A stretch of DNA of 64,000 bases from Tubiluchus corallicola (lineage: Eukaryota > Animalia > Priapulida). The notes below the pieces were generated by a model, which saw nothing but the letters and a program-made list of their open reading frames with translations, was not told the DNA's origin and did not search any database. Position 1 is the stretch's first letter. Every line of letters starts with the position of its first letter. Positions 25,601-39,299 of this stretch are shown here, one piece after another. The stretch lies in NCBI GenBank assembly GCA_030141605.1, contig JAQGDQ010000208.1, positions 248,001 to 312,000 on the forward strand, given 5' to 3'. The position numbers were made by a program, and so were the translations under genes.

Positions 25601-28600
25601 TGTTGGAATGTTTATATTTTGGCTAAATAAAAATGAATCTTGAAAATCTTGAAATCTTGATTCAGTACAAAGAAATGAGCTTTAGCCACAAATCATTTAA
25701 GAGAAGACATGCACATCTGAATTCATGGAATTTTTCCATTTACAAATTGTAAACAATGATAAATTACTATTAAAAGAAACTGTTTATAAAACTGAAAAAT
25801 TACCCAGAAAGTAGTGCTTATCTAATTTGCTACTAATGTGAGGTAACTGTTGATGTATTTTCTTGAAGGAAATAAGATCATAGTTGATATGAATACAATG
25901 TTTCAGCAGAATTGTACAGAAAAGAGAGACTGAAAAACTGACAATACGAGCAGTTGTCCTGCAAGCAGAAATTAGCAATGCAAAAATATGAGCAGCAGCC
26001 ACACAAATATTTTGAACAAACTGGCAGGCATTTAGGACTAAGGAAGAGAGAAACACTGTATGGTCAAAATATCAAAAACACATGTAAGATTTGTCATACA
26101 CTGCTCAGTCTAGTATTGGCAACAAAGTTTTTTTCTGAATAAACAATATTCTAGAAATGAAAAAATACTTACTGTCCCTGAGATAGCACCAGCAGTAAAG
26201 CTCATAGACATTGTCGGATGGTTCGTGTGTGCCATGCGTAACATCCGTTCTTTCAAAAATTCATAATTTGCCCAGTAAAGAGCTAAAAATATTTTATTAC
26301 GAATCAAAAACACAAAAAACATATTGTTGCAGCTCAATTTAACTGAACTACCAAGCAAATTTGTAACTTAAGAATAGAACAATAACAATATTTTATAACT
26401 AGATGCAAAAAATACCAATATAATGCTAATAATAATGTTGTGTGCAGGAGAAACTTATATACTCAATAGAATTTATTTTTATAAAAATCTTACCAGAAAA
26501 TGGAACATCACGTAACAAGGTTGGAGATAACCCTCTCCACAAGGAGAAGATGCCCTCACTTGCTATTGTTGTTTTCACAGCTCTACCAAGCTCTATAAAT
26601 ATAGTTAAAACTTACACTGCAAGTGAAATTTAAGCAAAATTTATACTATTGGTAGTTATTTGTAATAATAAAAAAGTAAGTACACCACAGATCCATAAGA
26701 TGTGAAAATTTTCTTGAAAACATTGGTAACTTATTTGCAGCAATTCTACAAGCATGTAACGTGAATGCCAAACAACCAACGCACAGAAACCCCGCTCTAA
26801 AAAAAGACAAAATTTGCTCTCTTCCAATACTAGAATTAAAATGACTGGTTTCATAGTAAGAACAGTTTCAACAAACAGGAAAGCTGAAATATAACTTGCA
26901 GCATTGCACAGTGAAGGGCAGTCCTGTCTGAGTTACACGCAAAATAAGGCAACAATGGTTTTTGTAATAATAATAAGATTACGCTTATTTATAAAGTTCT
27001 TTCAAGGTATCACGGTTGGTTCCACTTTAATATTTACCTTTTTAGCAAAAGGATGAAAATGTTTTTAAAGTTACCCGCAGCAACTTATTTCAGAAATTAA
27101 AGATTAGAGGACCTGTAAACTGTGCAATCTTACAGAGAAGTTTAGAAAGTCTGTGTTCAGTGCAATAACTGTTACAAAGGAATCGTTTCGATAAAATGTT
27201 GAAACATTCCTACTGAAAGACTCAGTAAAAGCTATATAACAGAAAAATAATATGCTAAAATGGAAACGAAAATCAGCAGTAAAACTTACGTTTGTAGCTA
27301 AGCTGTTGTGACTGCATCTTCGTTCTAATTAATTCCAATGGACTTATCACAGTTGCAGCTATTACTGAAAGGAAATTTATGTGTAAGTAGTGGTCAGACA
27401 TCGGCAACATTTTCCTAATCGATTAATCAGGTACAAAACCGATCCAATAATCAGTTTTGTCCTTATGAGAACCTTTGGTCCTAAGCAGTGATGCCAATGG
27501 GCTTAGGTACTATGCAAAGATAAAGCAATATTGCTTGATTTTCACCACAATGACGATTGTATTTGTTGTGCAATTTTTGTGGATTTTACAAAAATGATAC
27601 AGGCAATATGACCCAGTTTGCATCTGCAGCGGAAAAATAACAGATGATCTAAAAAAGAAGCCAGAATCAATTATGATCGATTCAATCCACTAACTGGTCC
27701 CGCCACTAAGTGCAAGTGTTTATATCATCACAAACTGGATAAAATATGATGGTATTTACACTCGGCATACTAAACCCCAAGTTTACAAACTTATCAGCAC
27801 ACTAACTGATTCAGTGAAAAGCTGAATGAAGTTGTAGTAAAAGGAAGCCAGCAGATATCACCTGTCATAGCCCTACAAGTAATCAGTTCATTATTGTAAT
27901 AAAAGTTAACTATTTTTTCAACAGTAAACACCTTGTAGAGACTGCACAAGAAAATGTCTGTACACAAGAAAATTTTTCAGCAAAACTCACCTCGAGCCGA
28001 AGCACCTGCACTCATCACTACCCACTGATTGTAGGAATGAATTCCAAAAATTCGATATATAAGATCACGAAGGTTATCATACATGGTAAAATATATCACT
28101 GTTGCCGGCAATGCCATAACTCTGCATAAACAAGAAATGAACATGGTAAATATAGTTTTTACAATTTCAAGAATAAGATTTAAAAACGCAAATTTATCAT
28201 AACAAATCTTAAAGGAGTTGTAAATTTAAAGGAAGACAAGATGATTTTTCTTATTAATACTGCAAAAGGGTGTCTCATAATTAAATAATAGATTAAAATC
28301 TTAATTAACGGCAGGCAAGAGCAACTACTGATGCCATCACAAACTAACATAATTTTCAACAGCAAAAATATTCCACGAGGGTGTTGCACATGTTTGTGAA
28401 AACGAAAATTGAAGTACAGTGCTACTGTAAGATATTCACTGTGTTGTATTAAAACTAGGCATGTTTTAAGATAAAAACGCAAATTTCAAATTTACCGCTG
28501 TGTATATGCATGAGCTCGTCAGAAACTAACACATCTAAACTGATAGGTACAGCACCTGTTTTTGTGTAAAGTTTTTCCGAAATGCAGGCGCTAGTGCCCG

Positions 28601-31600
28601 TCTAACTATTGAATGGTGAAATGCATATAACAGTGAAGAACTAGTGGCACAAACGTGAAATTGTGTTTGTGTGGTTTATAATTTTTCTCGCAAGTCACTT
28701 TTTAAAAAATAATGTGTTCCCTTTCAATATTTTAAAGAGTAGATTGTTTTGACATATAATTCAAGATTGGGTCCAGCTTTGCTTTAAGCAAAAATCTTCA
28801 AAAAAAGAGTTTGCATATCAAACTAATATAATTAAAAACGCATAAAATTTTAAAGTAAGAACTATACATACAATGTTGGCGGCAAGCCACTCCACAGTGA
28901 TGAAAGACCCTCGTTACGAGCTATTTTAATAAAAGCATCCTAAACGAAAACAATGTTATTCATTATTGTTTTTAGTGTTATTTAAAATACAAATTTTTGG
29001 GTTAATAAAAAAATAATTTAAAGCAAACAGATACATTAGTGGAATTCTATTTCATGGTCATAACTTACTTAAATAGCCACAACAGGTAAGCAGCACCAAC
29101 GCCCAATGATTACCAGTAAAGCGATAGGCAGGGCACGATCAAATCGGGGCTGAATTTGCAAAAATCGATGAGTATACATTATCATGAAGTACATGTTAGT
29201 ACTCATTGTTTGGAGTGGCTCAACCATTAAAAAAACTTTAGGTAGCAGGGAGAAATTATTTCTTCACAAACAAATTTTCAATAGTACTTTTACTAGTTTA
29301 TCAATTTATCCATACAACTTTTTGCAATTGTAACACAACACAGCTACTTTTTAAGAATCTAAAATCCCATGCCTGATGCTACTTTGTATTTTTTATTTTT
29401 TATCGGGGTAGGTCAAATTCAAGTGCTGCCCAGGTCCACCATTCATGCAACCGAAAATGCATAAAAGCACTTGAAAATTTAATTTGAGAATAACACAATT
29501 TCAAACTTGCAATAAAGAATTGTAGTTCATTAGCTTGTCCATCGGTATTTTTATGGCGCACTAGGTGTTTAGTACAGCAGGTGTTATGCATTGTTTGTGG
29601 GAAGAAAATATTTTTAACTAATCCATTCTTTTGAAATTGCGAATTTATATAATAATGTAACAGATACTAATGTAGTACAGTCGTTAACTCCGTTATGTAT
29701 GTATGTATGAGCACGGAAATTATTTTTCTATGTTACATAGTCTCACAGAGAACAGTTTTTGATGTTGTGACATCATGTTGAATATTGAGCTCTGGATCAC
29801 ATTAATGTGAATCTGCACAATTCTTTGTCATTGCCCCCCCCCCTAGGGTTATACAGTAAGTCCTCGCTTAACGACCCCCCATTTAACAATGTTTCACTTT
29901 GATGATGCCGATCATTTGACATATTTTTTTCACTTAACAATGTGTATGTTTCGCTTTAGCGATGACTTTTTTACTTTGTTCAAGACAAATTTTTATTTGA
30001 TTAACAAAATTTTTACCTAATTCAATGCTTTAAAACAGCACCTATTGCACCTGTTCTAAAAATGCACTAGTAATGTAAACAGTGTAATTATTATACATGT
30101 TTTTGCTTCCCGACTTACTACTGATACTATTACTGTAGTACTAGTGGATTGCCTATCAAGTGACTAGCGAGCAACTTTGCCTGCAACCTGTTGCTGTAGC
30201 AACCAGACTAAGTATATAGGTAAAATTCCCAAGGTCACCCCAGGGCTCGACTCTGCAGTGCTTATTGTGCAACCACTGACTAGGCTTAAACATTAACGAA
30301 AGAGAAACCGCTATAACTAGGTATTAGTAAGTAAAATACATAGGTGGTTTCAGGCAAACAGGAAGACATTAATCAGTAGAAATATGAATAAAACTCATAG
30401 AATGTTTAACTTATATGATTTAAGCAGTATTGATTTTTGTCTCTGGAACGTATCTCAATTATTTTACATTACTTTCTATGGAAGTCTTGGCTTCATTTAA
30501 CAACATTTCGCTTAACGTCACATTTTGTTGGAATGCATTTGCATCGTTAAGCGAGGACTTACTGTAATTAGAAATTATTCTTGACAATAAGATAGGTACC
30601 AGTCCCATCATGACCATCAGCAGATGTAGAAAAGGAGGCCCCACCAATGAATGCTGAATTCCAGTTTGCATAGTGACAAACTGTATAAAAAGAACATGTA
30701 TATATATTTATACACATACACATGCATAGATATCTTTCTATATGAAAAAAATAGTGGCAAAGTTCAAATTTTCAATGACTTTGAACAAGGGACTGAAAAA
30801 GGGAACTTGCCGAGATGGTACATGTCACATCAGAGCTGAAAAACACGGCTGGAAATTTGCGATACCGACCATATGGAAACATCAGCAGTAAGCGCAGCTA
30901 CAGTGAATTTAATTACTTAATATTTTAAACTTACCAAAGTGCCACCTAGTTTAACCACTGGTGAAACTTCAATAATTGGAACCTAAATAACCAAAACATA
31001 AAGAAAGAAGTATTATGAGATGACATTACACAATTTTTTTCATCACTTCACCGTGTAGCAAAAACCACTGTTTCTAAATGCGAAGCTAAACAGTAGCATG
31101 GTAATACGACAAACAAATGTACTGGAACAAAACGCTAGCCCTGAAGTCACATATACCTTAGGCTTTAGACACATTTCACATACAGCTGTTCCTCGAAATC
31201 TGATTGTTTGCAGATGCTCGTGTGAATCCCATGGCTTAATTGAACCCTCTGTCAAACACGTACAAACATGATCCATAAGACCATTGCAATACAGAAAGTT
31301 CTGACCCCTATGCAAGGGCTTGGCTTGAGCTTGCAGTCTCGTCTTCACAACATCAAGAGGTGTAACTATATATACAAAAAAAAAACAAGAATGTTACATT
31401 GGCTTTTCACAATGATATATTTGAAGAGTAATCGAATTTTTCTATTTTCTGATTACTTGACACAGCAGTTAATATATATAATACCATATAATACCATAAG
31501 GAATGGAATTTCCTTTGCTGAATGGAGTGATGTCAACAAAGTAATAAGGTACTAATTATGTTTTCCACTGTTAGTTTTTGTAATTCAGTGTGCATGATTT

Positions 31601-32155
31601 GTGTCTATTTTTGTTTCTAGTTCACAGCCTGCCAAGTTTGACAGCATCTAGTTTGAGCGATGTATATGACTTGCAAGGGCTATGCTGGTGACTTGATGTT
31701 ATAACGATCATGACTGTTGGAAAGATTAGAAATGAAAGTACAATTACGGACATACAAAAATGTCAGAATTGAATTTGCTCCAAAAATTATATGATATGAA
31801 GGACCCTATAAAATCCCATTAGAACATATCAGCTTTTTCAAAACATGTGAAGTTCTATCATTACTGGACATCACAATAATAATGTATTTGCGATTTTCAA
31901 AAATTATTAATTCTAATTGAAATTCATTTAAATTGCCATTCTAGCACAAATTTTATAAGTATCAGAAATAAATTGAAGAAGATTATTTTACTCCAAGAAC
32001 AAAGTCACAAAGTATCATTACTCACCAAATAAAGATGTAATTAAAGCTCCTGAACAGGAAGAAACCATCTGCTGCGTCGGCGTGCAATCCGGAATCAGGC
32101 GGTTCATTGACAAGTTTCTATAGTCAAATGGCTTTTCTGGTGAAGCAGAAGTCAT
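22695..32155 (-). CDS. SLC25A40: Mitochondrial carrier, SLC25A39/SLC25A40 family (mitochondrial glutathione transporter; Mtm1/Shawn-like)
   Basis: Exons (minus) 32155-32026, 31365-31184, 28939-28872, 28121-27991, 27364-27290, 26592-26494, 26282-26173, 25419-25341, 23187-23113, 22822-22695; GT-AG and frame-consistent. Three carrier signatures [30 protein letters not shown] plus family motifs [56 protein letters not shown]. Probably co-orthologous to vertebrate A39 and A40. Confidence 0.95.
23230..23748 (+). mobile_element. Probable LINE (L2/Crack/CR1-group) 3' UTR remnant
   Basis: T-rich tract ending AATAAA followed by a short (TGTCTA)n tail at ~23736-23747; no clear coding remnant. Confidence 0.35.
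23900..25270 (+). mobile_element. Highly decayed Penelope-like element (GIY-YIG C-terminal remnant)
   Basis: Fragments [17 protein letters not shown] and ESSYL*CNKPWLN resemble the R..EH.GISP.T / SAI.DH / ES..I...KP.LN end of Penelope endonucleases; degenerate hammerhead-like core in the 3' part. Left boundary uncertain. Confidence 0.55.
27388..27708. mobile_element. hAT-like MITE
   Basis: TAGTGGTCAGAC ... GTCCCGCCACTA termini, internal AATCGAT-type subrepeats, 8-bp flanks TGTGTAAG/AGTGCAAG (6/8 match). Confidence 0.6.
29854..30564. mobile_element. Tigger/pogo-like MITE, family B
   Basis: Perfect 21-bp TIR TA|CAGTAAGTCCTCGCTTAACGA ... TCGTTAAGCGAGGACTTACTG|TA with TA TSD and internal CTTAAC subrepeats. 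Confidence 0.9.
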
Positions 32156-33959
32156 TATGGTCAATTTAATTAGGCATCTACCATGTAAATTCTACTATCT
32201 TGCATAGACTTTCGTCCTTCTAGCAACATCTTGCAGACTAATTTAAGAAAATGTGTAAAAATAAAAATTATGAAACAAATTAGAGCATGTAAAAAACCTA
32301 ATAAAACTGTTAAACTGATAAAAATAATCACTCACCACGCCAAACCTACGATAAATTACAAGAGATGTATTCAAAACCGAAAGCACCAAAAACAAAAACT
32401 GAACTTACAGACTCTGTGAAGCTACTGCGGTTATATAACACAAACTATATAAGATGCTTTAGGTGCAAAAATACTTCCGTTTCGAATTTTAAACAAGGGT
32501 GCAATTGATGAAATTAAATCACGGTAATTATTAATTTTTTTCAAACCAAATTTGATGAAAACTAGGAAATTTATTTAAAAAAATCGTGAATCAGCAGAAA
32601 CCACATGAAAAGAAATTCTTAAAGGAAAACTGGACGATTGTTTAGACTCATCTCATTTTAATTTACTGTCCAAAATATACATTTTCTTGCCTATAAAGGT
32701 TAGCAATTGTTTCTTTTATATTTGAATAATTAGCCTAGAAAGTTAATTAACAGCAACCAAGCACAGCTACTGCTTACATCAGAAACTTACCACAGTTGGT
32801 GCAATGGAAGGCATCTTCCCTTGCACATCAAACATAAGTATTTAAAAAAGCTATTGTAATTTTCAATATTTTACAGCATTCTTTATTCTGAACTAACGTT
32901 TACACGATTGACCAGTTTTCCTTTAATAATTCAAAATGTTTGTGTGAACTGGTAAGACAACACTACATTGCCATCCCAGTGCACACCACTGATTCACCAA
33001 AAAACTCATTATTGATCTTACTGGCAATATAAAATAATTTAAACCTTTGCTTAATTAGCAAAGAGTGTACTACAAATGTTCTGATTATTTTTTCAAACAT
33101 TTACGCAATGTTATCTAAACTTGTTTCAAATGAGGTACTGGCAAAATGACTGCACCTAACAGTTACCTCGAAATTTAAATTTACAAGTTTTATAGAGTGT
33201 TTCTACTAATTGGTCTTTTCATCTCAAATGGACCAACACTTCAGTTATGACAATCTCAGATTTGCTTCATACTTTCAAAATGTGTTCTGCTATTATTATT
33301 TTTAATGAAATATACAGAAAACTAGCTTAATATAACATAATATTAATAATATAAAATAGGATGAGGGCACAGCAAGAAATTGAAGAAACCATATTGTAGG
33401 ACATCTGTCAGGCAACATTATTGCTTGTTGAAGATTGTTAATCTGGTGGAATTCCTTGTCAAATCATGTTGTCACTGCCTCATCACTTAATACATTCAAG
33501 GTGTACATTCACATACATTATTAAGCCAATGATAGAAACAACTTATTATTCAAACTTAAAGCAAAGCATCTATAGAAAAATGTCCTCTGCGTAAAAATCA
33601 TGACAACGCACCTGAACACTAAGGTGTAAGGTCGCTAATCAACCTTGGCATTTTTCAGCATAGAATTATGATCCAATTTTAATCGTAAAATAACAAATTT
33701 AGGCAAAAAATCACTATTCGTGTAACCTTGGCATAAAATCACGCCATGTGCTGTTATTGTCCCAATCTTTGAAATAGAAGGGATTCCACTAGGTAGTGGT
33801 TTTGGTTCGCACGCGGGCAGCAGAGTACGCACGGTTGGGTTACCGTTACACATTTTGTGACGACCACGACAAGCTATAATACAGACGATGTATAAATATT
33901 TATTAATGAATGATACCATATGAAGAGGCATAACTTCGAAAAACGAGAAGGACACTAAT

Positions 33960-35160
33960 AAGGTTGTTTTATTCTACATCGAACTCACAAACTAAGAGAC
34001 ATTTAGAAACTAGAACTAGCTAAATTTATGTACAGACACACTAATAATTTGCTCCATGAATTATATGATAACTATTCTTATAAAAATTAGACAAATACAC
34101 AATTATTCAACAAGGTCTGCTACAAGTGACAAATTTTATCAAACTAGATATCAGACATTATGGGAGTTGAATTCTATTAAGCATAAAGGTGTAATTTTAT
34201 GGAATAAGTTGGTTAGTGCAGTCAAAAATGCAAACTCACTGCAAGCATTAGCCAGCCAGTATAGATTGAATTTAATACATAATTAAAGTGTCAATTAAAG
34301 ATAAAGAAAATATACTGTTTGACAATACAGTTTGATACATATTCTATTTACGTTTAATTTGTTTCTTTCTTTCTTGTTTGCTGTCTCTGCTGCTAGTCTA
34401 TTTCATTACTGTTTTCGTTGACTGCTCTATTGTATCATCTTTAATTACCGGTAACTAACAGTCAACCTAATGTTTTTCTTGTTGTAAGTAATGCACAAGT
34501 TCAAACATAGTCACACAAGTATTAATTGCACCTTTACATAATTTATAAACATAATACACCTTAATCATAATTGGCACATTTCTCTAAATTAAAAAAAAAT
34601 ACAACCAGGTTTGAAGAGTATTAATATAATAGATAAAATGTCAGATAGATTATAATATCATTAATATAATTATTATGAAACACACTTTCGGATTGTTTTA
34701 TAAGTGATGCTTACCTTCTTAAATTTGTTAGTCATTTTTGGTCAATAATCATATTAAAAATAAGATTAATAATGTTCATTTAGTTTAAAACCCTATATCG
34801 CCTTACAGGTACATACAACTTCTGCTTCCTTTTAGTTTCAATATTGCGTAACCAGATTAATTTGTTAGCTAATTTTCTTTTAATTAGTTAGTTTTGCCCA
34901 AAGCATTCTACTTAACTTTATTTTCACTTTGTTTTGCATAATTTCATTTTCCATTAATTTAATTTATTTTCCTTTTCTATTCTTTATTTTGTTATAATAA
35001 TATTTACCCGCCATGCTAAAATTAGTAGACTCACTATTTAGGGATGGCAGACTAGGTGACCATTTGATCTTTTGCCACTCTATCCTTCTTAAACTTTGTA
35101 ACTCATTGTTATAAACTATTCTGTGACTGTTATTCTGAAGGCAAATAAATTATTATTATT
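33960..35160 (+). mobile_element. LINE (L2/Crack-group) 3' fragment with 3' UTR
   Basis: ORF 34056..34286 has HNYSTR..SIKHKGVILWNKL..K, typical of the ORF2 C-terminus; T-rich UTR ends AATAAA(TTA)n at ~35145-35160. Confidence 0.6.
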
Positions 35161-36236
35161 CATCATAATTATACTTCATGATCATTTGAAATTTTAATAA
35201 TTATTTACAAAAGAAAATTCATACTATCCATACTAAGATTTGTCTTCCTTGTGCTATGTCTAGGTCCTCCATAATGATTCAGGGAAATCTGTTAAGCTTC
35301 TTCCTATTTTTTCGTGTACTATTTTTACTGTGCCATTTTCATCTATATCATTTTTACCTGTGCCATTTTTACCATGCACCATTTACCATGCACCACTCAA
35401 CATTCAAGGCTTTGCTTAATTTAAAAGTAAAAAGCATTGAAAAATGTGCAAACAACTTAACTAATTTTTCTGAATTTAAATTTTGCATGATGCCATATAA
35501 CCAACAGAAGACAGTTTATTTCCTAAAACCTAGAAATTTGAACACTGTACTATTCGGTGAAACTGTTGTGTACCAATGAAAAGCATGGTAACTACTATTG
35601 GTATTACATAGTTTATCATGTATTACACAGTATACATACAGAGCTGGGGAGCCACAAGCTAATGCTGAAAAAAGATACCAGAAAGTTCATATTGGAAAAA
35701 ATAGTTTGAGCTTTAAGAACAAAAACCAAAATTATTACTACGAATCCACGCAACTGTGTACAACTTTTCCTTAGAATGAAAAATGAAAATCGAATGCATA
35801 ATCACAATCCACAAGAATGTGTATCAGTTACTTTGCAAGCTATGTTAAACAATTTTTCATAATACTGTTTTTCACACACTCAACTCTATGAAGAACAGCT
35901 GATTGGTCATAATGTATGGCTGGCCATTGCAGTCAATAGATAAACTGACTTTTTTTAGATAACTTTACTTGGTCCAAAAAGTTTTCTAATCAGATCAGTA
36001 CAATTTTGTTACCTCAAACTGTTCTTCCTTCAATTATATCACACCAATAAATTTTCTCTATCAAAATATTGATACCATGTTTCACGTGCAATATAAAAAG
36101 AAGGTAAAAGTAAGTGAATTGTTGCAGATTAGTCACATTTTTAATTTCATTCTAAATTACACTAACCGCAGTTTTAAAATAGATAAGTGTATATCTACAT
36201 TTAAGAAATCTAAAAACCACTTCACATGATTATAGG

Positions 36237-39200
36237 CTAGCACTCGATTCCGTATTTATCGAAATTTCTAAATATAAGGCCAATATGCAAAAACACTTTT
36301 CCCATAGCTTGTGTATGCAATTTGTAACGATCTACACCACTATAAACTAAATCTGGATGTCGAAGTTGCATTCCACCACCAAGAAAATGTTGTGACACTT
36401 GTTCTCTGAATGAACCAATCGGCCTCCATGTTACGCATTCGAGTTCATGAATTCCTGGAGATGTTGGCACATGACAAAAACCATATCCATAGAGTTCGTT
36501 TCTCCCAAAGTAGTCCTGGTGCCAAACTTGAAAATGAAATTTTGGCCAGCCTTGTAGGCCTTTAGTTGCAAAATGTATGTCTACCGGATGTGACCAACAA
36601 GCAAACTCTTCATTTTGTGGATTGTCAACTTGAGTTTGACCTTCCTTTAAACCCGATAATACCTACAAATTAAAAGCAGTATCAACATGAAATTAAAGCC
36701 AATTAACAATAAGAAACTGAGAATAAAAATTACCATAAAAATTACATTGCTTGGTATGAAGTTTTAAAGGAAAATTTATAAAAAGAAATTTTGGGATTTA
36801 AGCAAGGCAAATTCAAGGATGTGGCAGTTCCTAACCAAAAACTGATTATATCAGGGGCAGTCTAACACGCATCAATGATTCCAACTCCAAGCAAACTAAA
36901 CTGACAGCATCAGGCTGATAGATGTAATTTATTGCTCGTGCTTGTCTAAACGTAAGCATACATGTAGATTGAACTGCATCCACTAATCAATTCAATTTCC
37001 ATTTACGATAATGGAAAAAAGAACATATTCTTAGTGAACATACATAAAAGTGGCACAAAATGGAGAAAAATTCAAGATTTTGGTTTAACACTGCAAGGAA
37101 ACCTGATAGAATAACCAGTGCAAAACGTACGACATAGAAAAGATGGGCAACTGGTATTTCTATCTATCAAACAATGACTAATCTCAGTGCACATTTCTAC
37201 CTAGTTTCCGAGTTGTTTTGGTTAAGTCTAAAAAGGTATTTTGTTATATTAGCGAAACATTGTTTAGCAATTGTAGTGAAATATAAATAGTTTTGTTTAT
37301 AACGCTAATTCTCCTAACCCTTATGAGACTGCATTTTTGAGTTTTCATTTTTCCTTGGGAAACACAATTTTTATCTTTTGAAAAAAGTCACACCAATTTT
37401 TTATGATGCTGCAGCATTTTATCTAAAGCTCATGAAGCTTATAGAGTCGTAGTATTTTGAAGTGCCTGTCAGAATACGTGTATAAATTTGAGATACAAAA
37501 ATTTCTTGTATTACAGGTTGAATAATTACACATAAATTGTAAGCAAGAAAATATTGTCAGTGTCTACTTTGATGAAAGAACAAATGTGTCAAACACATGA
37601 AAAGCAGATCTGGAGATCACTCAAAAAAGCTAAAAAAAAACTCGGAAATTTTAAATTGCAAACATAAAGCCAACTTATAATGATCACTATGGCACTGAAA
37701 CTTCCTGTCGGGGAAAAATTAATGTAGCTGAATATTAGAAAGTTTTGTAATAACATCGCTAATACAAACAGCAGAATCAAGTCATGCATATTCTAAATTT
37801 GGTTGTAAATCATAATTGTTTTCTGTGCAAAATGAGCTTATTAAAGAGACTGTTTGGATGTGGCAACATTGCAAAATGGCTTGCAGAACATCCATGTTTT
37901 TTTACTTTTATGAAGTAAAACCAAAATTTGCTGATTGGCTATAAATGAAAGTATTACTATTTTTACTCATAGGCAGCTTTACTCATTGTAGTTTTTCACT
38001 CAGACGCAGTTATGTTGTTATGTTTCTGTTTTGATTTTGCCACCAAAAATACTACTGAATGAAATAGGCCTAGCTTTTTTATTTCATTACAATTTACTAT
38101 TACAGTAGGTACCGCTTAATAGACTCAGTCACTTAATTAACTCAAAAAGATCTGGTACGGGCCGCTCCTATTCAAATATACATAAAAACTGTCGGTAATT
38201 GGCTCAAATAACTCCGCATAATTGACTCAATATTTTCCTTCATGTACTTAAAATAATACATTTGTATGTGCCCAAAGAGTGTTTCCCACTTTTATGTCAT
38301 CTTTACTGCACTTTTGTACACTGTAATATATGCAGAAACAATCACGCTAAATACCGTTTTGTTTGTAAGCAGGTACAGTACGTTTACCATGCGCTAATAC
38401 GCTAGCCTAGCAGTTTTGCTTTGAATCTGTTACCAGCTCATCCACTGCAATTAACCTCCTTACCCAAGAATTTCTGGAAGCTAAATATTTAATCACTTGT
38501 CTAGCGGTTTCCTTTTAAAGCTCTCGTTGCAAATCACCCTTTCGTGCTTAATCAGTTAGCAGTCACTGGTGCAGGCACAGTCATTTTTGCAAACAAACAG
38601 ACTTGTGTGATTTAGAAAAGTACACATTTTAATTATTACAAATTCATTTATATAAATTATTATTTTAAAGTTTTTCAAATTTTTAACTGCACAAAGGAAT
38701 TCAAGCATTACTTCTTTTCTAAAATTCATTAAAACCCTTTGCAGTGCATACTAAGCTAACGACTCATACTTTCTATACCAGTAATACTCCACCCATCGGT
38801 TAGTACTAATAGTAGGTTCAGTATGTTAACTGGGTGAAAACATTTCCGTCCCAAAGTGAGTCTATTAATAGTATTAGAGTATTAAGCGGCGCTTACTGTA
38901 ATAATAAAAATAATTTGTCATGACATTCTTACGACTATATATAGAAGTCAGAAAAGTTAAGTAATTTAAGGTTTTTAGATCACAGAATTCAATAATGCAA
39001 CTTGTTCAAATGCCATGTAAAATAAAAAACATTACAAGAAAACGAGGGAGAAACAAAACAGCACACCCAAAATTTTGGTTAATAGTTATTTCATGTAGGC
39101 CTATAATGAAACCCCTTTCCTGATATGTGGGTGCGTATATTGAATAAAGATTAGTGCGCCAAGTGAAGCCAAACATTTCTACTAATTTGTAACGTACCTT

Positions 39201-39299
39201 CCAACCACCACCAGTGTGTATTCCCCATTTACAGAAAAGATTATGCTCTGGAAAACCAGAAGCTCCAACAAGTTCTCCTATAATATGTACTTCCGCCAT
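36237..39299 (-). CDS. B9D2: B9 domain-containing protein 2 (MKS complex, ciliary transition zone)
   Basis: Exons 39299-39198 ([31 protein letters not shown]) and 36662-36237 ([55 protein letters not shown]); phase-0 GT-AG intron; 175 aa. Possible non-coding exon upstream (donor GTATGT at 39582). Confidence 0.97.
38103..38898 (+). mobile_element. pogo/Tigger-derived MITE, family A copy 3 (in B9D2 intron)
   Basis: TA|CAGTAGGTACCGCTTAATAGACTC ... TATTAAGCGGCGCTTACTG|TA; interior is the reverse complement of copies 1-2. Confidence 0.88.
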
